A DNA stretch of 64,000 nt, taken from contig PLUW01000120.1 of the NCBI GenBank assembly GCA_003162935.1, positions 16,396-80,395 on the forward strand. Reading direction: 5' to 3'. Below are positions 17,238-24,888 of this stretch, piece by piece. Both the position numbers and the translations under genes were made by a program. Every line of letters starts with the position of its first letter. The first letter of the stretch is position 1. The notes beneath the pieces are model-generated. The model was not told the origin of the DNA. It was given only the letters and a program-made list of their open reading frames with translations, and made no database searches. This DNA is from Acidobacteriaceae bacterium (GTDB lineage Bacteria > Acidobacteriota > Terriglobia > Terriglobales > Acidobacteriaceae).

Positions 17238-20200
17238 TCACGCCGTCGCCGTGTCAATGCCGGAGGCTTGGAGCGCGTCTTCGGCTTCCCAGAGGCCGTC
17301 GCGGAAGGTGAGGCTCTTGCCGGAGATGGCGGGGATGCGCTCGCCGGGGACGACGATGCCTACGAGGTTGAGCGGGTCGGCGGCGGCGATTACGATGCGC
17401 TCGGCGTTGGCATGGGGCGGGAGCTTGCGCTGGGCGCGCAGCGATTCGACTGCGACGGGCAGCGCGAACTGCTCGCCCTGAAAGCCATCGACAAAGCGTC
17501 CACCGCGCACCTCGCCGCGATCTTCGAGGCGGCGGTAGCCGATCTGCAATTCGCGCCAGCGCGGCAGATTGGTTTCGCGGGCGAGCAGATCGCGGAAGAC
17601 GACGCCGTAGCGGCGCAACAGCATCCAGCAGCAGGATTCGACGCTGCGGTCGCGATCGGCACCCTCGGTGTGGAGGAGCGACCAGCGGCCGGGAGCGTGA
17701 CGGGGGCGGCGGGCGGCGGCGATTCCTTTGCCGGAAGCGCTGCCCGATTGGGTCTTTCGGTTCGCCAGCGGGGGAGTGACCAGAGCGCGCAGGTTTTCGA
17801 AACCGTCGGCGGTTACCAGGCCGGCGGCGACCAGCTCCCAGAGGCCGGTTTCGATTTCGGCTTTGAGGCGTCCGGTGGCGCGCACCATGTCGGGGAAGAA
17901 AAGCGCGCCGCGCTGCTTGAGGAGTTCGAGCACCGACTGCGCCACTGGACTCAGGAACGAGGTGGCGGAATCCTCGGCGCCGGGGTGATGAGCACGCATC
18001 CAATCGGCATCCTCGCGCACGAAGAAGGCGATGGGCGCGACTCGGGTGGGAATCACGCGGCGGCGAATCACGCGGCCATTCTCGCCGGTGGTTGTAGCTT
18101 CGAGCGTGGCCGGATGCGGCGAGAGGCGACCCCATCCCACGGCCCCGGTAAGACAGAGTTGATCGAGGTGGGCGGGATCGTAGTCGGAGATTCTGCGGGC
18201 GAGGACGAAGCGCTCCCATGAACTCGCGGGAATTTCAAAGCCTTGCAACTGGCGGATCACTTCGAGCGTGCCGTGCTCGCCTCGCACCTGCGTGCCCGGG
18301 GCGATGTGCTGCCAGCGCAGGAGCCACTGCATGAACTGGGAGGCGGTGACTGGGGCAATCTGCTTGCGCAAGGTGGCGACGGTGAGGCGGTGAATGCGGG
18401 CGAGCAGGCGGCGCTCGCACCATTCGGTTTCGGGTGGGGAGGCAGTTTGGCTGGCGTGGGTCGTCCCTCCGGGACTTGAAGTGTCAGGTGTGCATTCCCC
18501 AGCGGTGAGCAGATTTCGAAGAGAGTCGTTTTCCGGCGCAGCGTTCCCCCAGCGGCTGAAAGCCGCTGTTGAGTTGGCGGCGGTTACGGCACGAGTGGAA
18601 CTCGTGCCCTTCCCAAAATCGACAGGAAGCGGTGCGTGTGGTTCGTTGCGGAACTTGCCGCGCAGAATGGCTCCACTGGCTTCGATGCGGAGGAGAGACT
18701 TCTCGATGTCGGAGGCGGGTAACGCTAGCAGTTCGCCGATTTCGGACGCGGTGGTGGGGCCTAGATGGGCGATCCATCCCTGGACAGTGGTTAGGAGGGC
18801 ATCGTCGAAGCTCGGTGCTGAAACCTGGGTTGGGGCAGCTTCTTGTGGGGCGGAGCTTGGTTCTGGATTGACGGGGGAGAACCCCGTCACCACTCGTGCG
18901 CCTAGCCCTGTCTCCACATGGGCTACAGCGGGACGCATGGTTTGGAACCATTCTTCACGCTCGGCGGCGATCCAATATTGTTTGCCGGCGGCCTCGGCCA
19001 CGACTGCGCGATTTTCAAGTTGCAGACGTTCGAAGAAGCGCGCCCATGGAGCCGTGCTCCGGCTCTCTTGCTGAGAGCTGAGAGCCGAGAGCTGAGAGCT
19101 TGCGGGCACGAGCACCAGCGTATGCAGGACGTCGTGGAGTTCATCGGCGTCGCGCACGTCGGGCCAGGCTTCCTGCTGCACTTGCGCTATGGCGGCGGGA
19201 TCGAGCGCGCCTACCTCTTCGAGCACGGAGGCGGGCAGGACTCGGCGCATTTCTACTGCACGGGCGCGGCGCTCTTCTAAGGGCGCATCGTCGAGGTAGG
19301 CGTAGGGATTTGCATTGAGAATCTCGTGCGAGAATTGCGACGGCACGGGAGTGTCGACGGCAAGGCAGCGAATGGTTCCCTGCTCGATTCCGCGCAGGAC
19401 TTCGGCGAGGCCTTCGATGTCGAGGGCTTCGGTGAGTACGTCTTTCATCACTTCGTGGACCAGTGGATGATCGGGAATCTTGATGTCGCCTTCGATATTT
19501 TCGAAGCACGCGGCTACGTCGGGAAAAACCGAAGCCAGCAGATCGTCGGAGCGGATGCGCTGGATTTGGGGAGGAACTTTCTTTCCGCCCTGAAAACGCA
19601 GGAGGGCGAGGGCTCGGGTTGCATCCCAGCGCCAGCGGGTTTGAAAGATGGGAGAAGCCAGAGCGGCCTGCTCGAGGATCGGCGGCATGGTCTCGGAATG
19701 CAGGAATTGAAAGACGTCGGCAAGTGGGAAGCTGTGCTGTTCGGCTAGAGCGATGTTAAGGCCGTTGTCGGTGGCGGCGGCCTGGAGCTCGAAATTGAAG
19801 CCGCGGCAGAAGCGCTTGCGCAGAGCCAGTCCCCAGGCTTTGTTGATGCGGCCGCCGAAGGGGGCGTGGATGATGAGCTGCATGCCACCGCCTTCGTCGA
19901 AGAAACGTTCGGCGATGATGGTGGTTTGGGTGGGCACATCGCCTAATACGGCGCGGCCTTCGATCGTGTATTGGATCAACTGCTCGGCGCCGGAGTGGTC
20001 GAGACCGCATTCTTCCTGCAGCCAAGTAACGGCGGCGGTGACGATGGGAAGATTGCGCCATCCTTCGATTGGAACGACGGCGGGGAGGCGGTCGCTGATT
20101 TCCTTGCGCAGGTCGCCTAGCTGCTGTGAGAGTTCGGCGGTGCGGGCGGGAGCTTCGCCGCGCCAGAAGGGGATTCCGGGCGGAGCGCCGTGCGCGTCTT

Positions 20201-21923
20201 CGACGATGATGCGCGACGATTTGCCTTCGATGCGGCGAATTCTCCAGGAGGTGTTGCCGAGCAGCATGACTTCTCCGGCCATGCTCTCGACGGCGAAATC
20301 TTCATCGACGGTTCCGACTACGCCGCCGTCGGGTTCGGCGACCACCGTGAACAGAGCGTTGTCGGGAATCGCGCCGCCGCTCGTGATGGCGGCGAGACGG
20401 GCTCCGCGACGGGCTCGGAGCCTGTGGTTGATGCGGTCGTGATGCAGGTAGGCGCCGTAGCGTCCGCGCTGGGAGGCGATGCCTTCGGAGAGCATGACGA
20501 GCACTTCGTCGAAGGTTTCGCGCTTGAGGTTGCGATAGGGATAGGCGCGTTTGACGAGAGCGAATAGGGCGTCTTCGTCCCAGCCGTCGTTATTCTGGTC
20601 GCCCGACTTGTTGGCGGTGGCGGCGCTGCCGGAGGCGGCACAGCACGCTACGATTTGCTGGGCCAGAATGTCGAGCGAGGCTTCGGGAAAAATCAGGCGA
20701 TCGAGTTCGCCGAGGCGAATGGCGCGGACAAGCACGGCGCATTCGGCGAGATCGTCGCGGGTGGTGACGAAGAATCTTCCTTTGGGGACGGCTCCGCGCC
20801 AGTGGCCGGAGCGGCCTACGCGCTGGAGCGCGACGGCAATCGAACGCGGCGAACTGATGTGGCAGACGAGGTCGACGGTGCCGACGTCGATGCCGAGTTC
20901 GAGCGATGCGGTCGCTACCAGGACTTTTACCTGGCCTTCTTTCAGTTTGCGTTCGGCTTCGAGGCGCAGCTTGCGCGAGAGGCTTCCGTGGTGAGCGGCA
21001 ACGTTTTCTTCGCCTAAGCGCTCTCCGAGTTGATGGGAAATGCGTTCGGCGAGACGGCGCGTGTTTACGAAGACCAGGGTTGAGCGGTGGGCGTTGACGA
21101 GTTGAACGATGCGCTCGTAAATTTCGTCCCACATTTCGTTGGAGGCGACGGGGCCTAGCTCGGAGGATGGGACTTCGACTCCTAGATCGAGCTTGCGCTT
21201 GTGGCCGACGTTGACGATTACGGGATTGGGGCGCGGATTTTTTGGATCGGGAGTCCCCGCGAGGAAGTGGGCGACTTCTTCGATGGGCTTCTGGGTCGCG
21301 GATAGGCCGATGCGGGCGGGCGGGCGGTGGGTGAGGGCTTCGAGGCGCTCGAGGGAAAGAGAAAGGTGCACGCCCCGCTTGTCGTCGGCGACGGCGTGAA
21401 TTTCGTCGACGATCACGGTTTCGACATCGCGCAGGATGGCGCGGCTCTTTTCGGCAGTGAGCAGGATGTAGAGCGATTCGGGCGTGGTCACCAGAATGTG
21501 CGGCGGACGCCTGAGCATCAGGCGGCGGTCTTTCATCAGCGTATCGCCGGTGCGGACGGCGGTGCGGATCTCGGGCATGAGCAGGCCGCGGTCGCCGGCC
21601 ATTTGGAGAATTTCTCCGAGGGGGATTTCGAGATTCTTCTGGATGTCGTTGCCGAGAGCTTTGAGCGGGGAGACGTAGAGGACTTCGGTGCGGTCGTGGA
21701 GTTCTCCGGCGAGGGCCTTGCAGACCAGGCGATTGATGCAGGCGAGGAAGGCGGCTAGGGTTTTGCCGGATCCGGTGGGAGCGGAGATTAGGGTGGTGTG
21801 TCCGGCGAGGATGTGGGGCCAGCCTTGCTCCTGGGGCTCGGTGGGCGTGGAGAAGCGGGCGGTGAACCACTCCTGCACCAGCGGATGAGCCCAGGCTAGG
21901 GATGGGGAGGGTGGGGACGGCAT
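17238..21923 (-). CDS. lhr: large ATP-dependent helicase Lhr (DEAD/DEAH box, DEAD/H-associated domain, long C-terminal region)
   Basis: 1561 aa. Walker [18 protein letters not shown] box ([15 protein letters not shown]), motif [10 protein letters not shown]...[14 protein letters not shown]. The length and layout match Lhr (about 1500 aa). Confidence 0.9.
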   Translation of the reverse strand: MPSPPSPSLAWAHPLVQEWFTARFSTPTEPQEQGWPHILAGHTTLISAPTGSGKTLAAFLACINRLVCKALAGELHDRTEVLYVSPLKALGNDIQKNLEIPLGEILQMAGDRGLLMPEIRTAVRTGDTLMKDRRLMLRRPPHILVTTPESLYILLTAEKSRAILRDVETVIVDEIHAVADDKRGVHLSLSLERLEALTHRPPARIGLSATQKPIEEVAHFLAGTPDPKNPRPNPVIVNVGHKRKLDLGVEVPSSELGPVASNEMWDEIYERIVQLVNAHRSTLVFVNTRRLAERISHQLGERLGEENVAAHHGSLSRKLRLEAERKLKEGQVKVLVATASLELGIDVGTVDLVCHISSPRSIAVALQRVGRSGHWRGAVPKGRFFVTTRDDLAECAVLVRAIRLGELDRLIFPEASLDILAQQIVACCAASGSAATANKSGDQNNDGWDEDALFALVKRAYPYRNLKRETFDEVLVMLSEGIASQRGRYGAYLHHDRINHRLRARRGARLAAITSGGAIPDNALFTVVAEPDGGVVGTVDEDFAVESMAGEVMLLGNTSWRIRRIEGKSSRIIVEDAHGAPPGIPFWRGEAPARTAELSQQLGDLRKEISDRLPAVVPIEGWRNLPIVTAAVTWLQEECGLDHSGAEQLIQYTIEGRAVLGDVPTQTTIIAERFFDEGGGMQLIIHAPFGGRINKAWGLALRKRFCRGFNFELQAAATDNGLNIALAEQHSFPLADVFQFLHSETMPPILEQAALASPIFQTRWRWDATRALALLRFQGGKKVPPQIQRIRSDDLLASVFPDVAACFENIEGDIKIPDHPLVHEVMKDVLTEALDIEGLAEVLRGIEQGTIRCLAVDTPVPSQFSHEILNANPYAYLDDAPLEERRARAVEMRRVLPASVLEEVGALDPAAIAQVQQEAWPDVRDADELHDVLHTLVLVPASSQLSALSSQQESRSTAPWARFFERLQLENRAVVAEAAGKQYWIAAEREEWFQTMRPAVAHVETGLGARVVTGFSPVNPEPSSAPQEAAPTQVSAPSFDDALLTTVQGWIAHLGPTTASEIGELLALPASDIEKSLLRIEASGAILRGKFRNEPHAPLPVDFGKGTSSTRAVTAANSTAAFSRWGNAAPENDSLRNLLTAGECTPDTSSPGGTTHASQTASPPETEWCERRLLARIHRLTVATLRKQIAPVTASQFMQWLLRWQHIAPGTQVRGEHGTLEVIRQLQGFEIPASSWERFVLARRISDYDPAHLDQLCLTGAVGWGRLSPHPATLEATTTGENGRVIRRRVIPTRVAPIAFFVREDADWMRAHHPGAEDSATSFLSPVAQSVLELLKQRGALFFPDMVRATGRLKAEIETGLWELVAAGLVTADGFENLRALVTPPLANRKTQSGSASGKGIAAARRPRHAPGRWSLLHTEGADRDRSVESCCWMLLRRYGVVFRDLLARETNLPRWRELQIGYRRLEDRGEVRGGRFVDGFQGEQFALPVAVESLRAQRKLPPHANAERIVIAAADPLNLVGIVVPGERIPAISGKSLTFRDGLWEAEDALQASGIDTATA
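19071..19098. repeat. tandem heptanucleotide repeat (CTGAGAG/CCGAGAG) x4 inside the lhr ORF
   Basis: Read directly: ctgagag ctgagag ccgagag ctgagag. It encodes [10 protein letters not shown] on the minus strand. Confidence 0.9.
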
Positions 21924-21999
21924 GGGGGTGATTGTAGCGGGAAATGGTGGTTTCGTAAAATGTTCGCCTAGAAAAGACTGACTTTAAGGAGTAGTTGGC

Positions 22000-22034
22000 T
22001 TGACTATGAGTATGACGATGAATATGATGAATAT
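22000..22034 (+). promoter_or_regulatory. sigma70-like promoter of vapBC, with a tandem direct repeat overlapping the -10
   Basis: TTGACT (22000-22005), 17 nt spacer, TATGAT (22023-28). GATGAATAT occurs twice in tandem (22017-22034) inside a run of ATGANN hexamers. SD AAAGAGG lies 7 nt before ATG 22058. Confidence 0.5.
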
Positions 22035-22057
22035 GCATAATTTAAAGAGGATTGACA

Positions 22058-22420
22058 ATGCCGAGCACAAGAGTCGCCGCACTAACGAGAGAGGACATAA
22101 CGGCCGCCGCTAAGAGATTGCGCGCCTCCCGTCCCGCGAAGTGGACCGTGATCGTCGAGGGGCGGGAGTTGCCTGCGAGACCGCTCATACTGGAGGCTGC
22201 GGGAGTGCCACCGAACGATCCCACAAATTCTCATCAGGCCGTCAAGATCCTAGAGGATTGGGGATTCGACGTTCGATACGAGGGCAGGGCGACTCCAGGA
22301 AAAGGGAAACAGGAGTCGCAAGCAGCAATGGAAGCGTTAATCCGCAGCCTGCGCGGATCCTGCAAGGGCGACGATTCCATCGCGGAAGCCCGCGAGCGCG
22401 AGCACCGACTAGAGAAATGA
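22058..22420 (+). CDS. VapB-like antitoxin with a non-canonical N-terminal domain
   Basis: Its stop overlaps the vapC start (ATGA at 22417-22420). The C-terminal tail LRGSCKGDDSIAEAREREHRLEK resembles the toxin-binding tails of type II antitoxins. The N-terminal roughly 80 aa (KWTVIVEGRELPARPLILEAAGV...AVKILEDWGFDVRY) is not AbrB, RHH or Phd-like as far as I can tell. Confidence 0.5.
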   Translation: MPSTRVAALTREDITAAAKRLRASRPAKWTVIVEGRELPARPLILEAAGVPPNDPTNSHQAVKILEDWGFDVRYEGRATPGKGKQESQAAMEALIRSLRGSCKGDDSIAEAREREHRLEK

Positions 22421-22827
22421 CCGAACGCTACGTTCTGGATGCGAGTGCGGCAATCGACTTTGTCGAGTCCGGACCCGGTATGCGCAAAGTCGATCAATTA
22501 CTGCACGCAGCGGCGCTGGAGCAAACGAACATTTTCATGTCGGTCATGAATCTCGGCGAGGTCTTCTACTGGCTCTGGCGGAAACGTAGCGAAGAGCAGG
22601 CCCGCCAAACCCTCGACGGCCTCTCCCGACTGCCGATCCAGATCGTGCCCGTGGATCTTCCACAGGCTCTCAAAGCCGGCGAACTCAAAGCGCTCCACAA
22701 GATTCCTTACGTTGATTGCATCGCGGCTGCCCTTGCCCTACAGCATCGCGCCACCCTGGTCACCGGCGATCGCGACTTCGAGAAACTCGGGCGCCATTTT
22801 CCGGTGTTATGGATCGCGCGTCCCTGA
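22417..22827 (+). CDS. vapC: PIN-domain toxin VapC
   Basis: MTERYVLDASAAIDF (first acidic residue), ...NLGEV..., ...YVDCIAAALALQHRATLVTGDRDFEKL (the C-terminal D..D.F pattern typical of VapC). 136 aa. Confidence 0.85.
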   Translation: MTERYVLDASAAIDFVESGPGMRKVDQLLHAAALEQTNIFMSVMNLGEVFYWLWRKRSEEQARQTLDGLSRLPIQIVPVDLPQALKAGELKALHKIPYVDCIAAALALQHRATLVTGDRDFEKLGRHFPVLWIARP

Positions 22828-22860
22828 ATTGCCGAAGGGGTGGGTGCTAGAATTTCGGCG

Positions 22861-23493
22861 ATGGCTAAACTTTCCGCTTCCGCTCGCGCCCGCAAGATCA
22901 AACTCATCATTTTCGACGTTGACGGCGTTCTTACCGACGGCAAGATTTGGATTTTTCCTGCGCCGGGAGGGTCGCCATCCGGCGCTCAGCCAAGCGTGCT
23001 GGAACGCGCGGCGCAGCATCCGGGACAGGGCGGCTTTGGGCTGCATAGCGCCAGTTTGATCGAGGCGAAGGGGTTTCATGCGCACGATGGGACGGCGATT
23101 TCATTGGCCCGGCTGGCGGGGATCAAGACGGGGATCATCACCAAGCGAATTTCGGAAACTGTGGCGTTGCGGGCGCGGGATTTGAAGATCGATCACGTTT
23201 ACCAGGGCATTCAGGACAAGGCTTCGGTGTTCGCGCAGATTCTGGCAAAGGACGGGATCACTTCGGCCGAGGCGGCTTTTGTTGGAGACGATGTGATTGA
23301 CTTGCCGGCGATGCGTAAGTGCGGATTGGCGATTGCGGTGAAGAACGCGCGTCCGGAGGTCAAAGCCGAGGCGCACTGGACGACTTCGCACGCGGGAGGC
23401 GACGGTGCGGGCCGCGATGCGGTGGAGTACATCCTGAAGGCGCAGGGGAAATGGAAGCGGGCGGTCGAGGATTATATTTCGGAGAGAAGTTAG
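22861..23493 (+). CDS. kdsC: 3-deoxy-D-manno-octulosonate-8-phosphate phosphatase (KdsC, HAD family) with an internal insertion
   Basis: IKLIIFDVDGVLTDG (HAD motif I), KGFHAHDGTAISLARLAGIKTGIITKR, FVGDDVIDLPAMRKCGLAIAV, GGDGAGRDAVEYILKAQG. Start at ATG 22861. Confidence 0.8.
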   Translation: MAKLSASARARKIKLIIFDVDGVLTDGKIWIFPAPGGSPSGAQPSVLERAAQHPGQGGFGLHSASLIEAKGFHAHDGTAISLARLAGIKTGIITKRISETVALRARDLKIDHVYQGIQDKASVFAQILAKDGITSAEAAFVGDDVIDLPAMRKCGLAIAVKNARPEVKAEAHWTTSHAGGDGAGRDAVEYILKAQGKWKRAVEDYISERS

Positions 23494-23494
23494 T

Positions 23495-23572
23495 CTTCCT
23501 GCCACGCCAAAAGCTTTAACCACGGGGTCCACGGAGGTACACGGAGGAAACCGCCGGACGCAGAGTCCCCCC
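23495..23572 (+). repeat. dispersed (CACRGRGGT)x3 element, copy 2
   Basis: cttcctgccacgccaaaagctttaaccacggggtccacggaggtacacggaggaaaccgccgg. It is near-identical over about 65 nt to copy 3 at 27674. Confidence 0.85.
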
Positions 23573-23601
23573 GAACGGCTCAAACTGGGCACCTGGAATG
23601 C

Positions 23602-23656
23602 ACCCGCCGGTTGCTTGCTTGGGGCGTGCTCGGGTTCGCAACCGGCGGGTTTTTCT
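23602..23656 (+). terminator. rho-independent terminator candidate after kdsC
   Basis: acccgccggttgc ... gcaaccggcgggt forms a perfect 13-bp stem with a long (23-nt) loop, followed by ttttc. Confidence 0.55.
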
Positions 23657-23831
23657 CCCTACTCACCCTGTTGCTTTCGGGAGGGTTACGCTTGCAAACC
23701 CGGCGTTGCCGGGAAAGTTTCGGCTGCTCGACCCAATTTCGCGTGAGTTCTTCCTAAGTTCTTGCTCGACTGAGATTTGTTTCGGCGATGCGGCGCGGGA
23801 TTCTCTGAGTCTCCGCACAACGCACAACCGG

Positions 23832-24641
23832 TCAATCCGAGATGACCGTCGTTTTCGCAGCCATCAGTGCAGCGAAGCGAGGGTCCTTGCGCAAGGCTGC
23901 GAACTCACTGTCTTTGTACACGTCTTTGAAGTCCCTGTAACCCTCCTCTTTGGCTTTCTTGAGATAGTGCAACGAAAGGTCCGGGATGCCGGTTCTGGCG
24001 TAGAGCTTGGCGAGAACATAATCGTAGTGGGCCTGGTCCTCAGGAGAAGCCAGCTTGACTTGAACTCCCGCGTGCGAGCTTCGGTTGAAGATGTCGGGAT
24101 CGAGCTTGACGGCCTTGGCATAGTTCTGGATTGCCTTCTCAAACTCTTTCTTGCTGAAATAGGCATGGCCAAGGTTGCTGTAGTAGGAGGCGGCATCGTT
24201 TTTCAGCTTGATCGCCTTCTGGTACTGCCGGATGGCTGCGCCGTAGCTCCGCCCCCAGTAATAAACGACACCGAGATTGTTGTACGCGTCGGCATGGTTA
24301 TGATCGGCCTTGATCGCGTGTTCGAAACTGTTTCTGGCCTCTTTGTAGCGCTGAAGCAGGAGTTGGCAAACGCCGATCTTGTTGAACACGGATGCGTTTC
24401 CCGGCGCGGTTTTCAGTGACGCCTGGTAGTAGTCGATGGCATCGAGGAAGTTTTTTTCCTCCTTGAGTTCATCGCCGCGTTGTTCGAGTTGCTGGGGCGT
24501 GGCTCCGGCAGCGGGTGGATCGACGCGATGTTGCGGCGGCGGTCCGACTTCCAACTGTTCGGAATTCTGCGCTTGCGAGGGAAGAGCGAAGAGAGCAGCG
24601 AGGAGAACAGCTAGAACGCTGACGCGGATACAGGAAAACAT
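23832..24641 (-). CDS. secreted TPR repeat protein
   Basis: Signal peptide MFSCIRVSVLAVLLAALFALPSQAQ, followed by several 34-aa TPR units (AIDYYQASLKTAP.., ADAYNNLGVVYY.., ASYYSNLGHAYF..). Confidence 0.8.
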   Translation of the reverse strand: MFSCIRVSVLAVLLAALFALPSQAQNSEQLEVGPPPQHRVDPPAAGATPQQLEQRGDELKEEKNFLDAIDYYQASLKTAPGNASVFNKIGVCQLLLQRYKEARNSFEHAIKADHNHADAYNNLGVVYYWGRSYGAAIRQYQKAIKLKNDAASYYSNLGHAYFSKKEFEKAIQNYAKAVKLDPDIFNRSSHAGVQVKLASPEDQAHYDYVLAKLYARTGIPDLSLHYLKKAKEEGYRDFKDVYKDSEFAALRKDPRFAALMAAKTTVISD

Positions 24642-24888
24642 ATCCAACCCCCGGCCGAACCTACCAAACTTCACAGTTTCGGGGTGGTTCGGCACCCTTT
24701 GTTACTCCACTTGCACGTTTGAGGCCGCGAAACCAGGCGGCCTTTGATCGGTCCGATGGCTGGTTCTTGGCGCGTTGGACGGCCGGCCCCTAAAGGGGCA
24801 TCTTCCTTCTAAAAACTTGCGGCGTCGCTAAAGCGATGCCCTGATACGAGACGCGTGCCTTCCCGCGGCCTGCTTATTGCGCACAGAG

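Noticed and set aside
17254-18219. 321-aa minus-strand and 317-aa plus-strand ORFs inside the lhr 3' region
   Set aside because: These are off-frame and antisense ORFs with extreme Arg/Pro/Gly composition, and the region is fully explained by the lhr frame.
20590-22038. 482-aa minus-strand ORF starting MHIHHIHRHTHS (a His-rich leader-peptide look-alike upstream of lhr)
   Set aside because: Beyond the first ~38 codons it runs out of frame through lhr and is Arg/Pro-rich, typical of an off-frame GC-rich ORF. The His codons are simply the reverse complement of the ATGANN hexamer run in the vapBC promoter. No his-biosynthesis context and no attenuator structure were seen.
22141-22416. Upstream extension of vapC (228-aa ORF 22141..22827)
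   Set aside because: The extension overlaps the antitoxin gene out of frame and is Arg/Gly-rich. ATG 22417 gives a standard 136-aa PIN protein and forms an ATGA coupling with the antitoxin stop.
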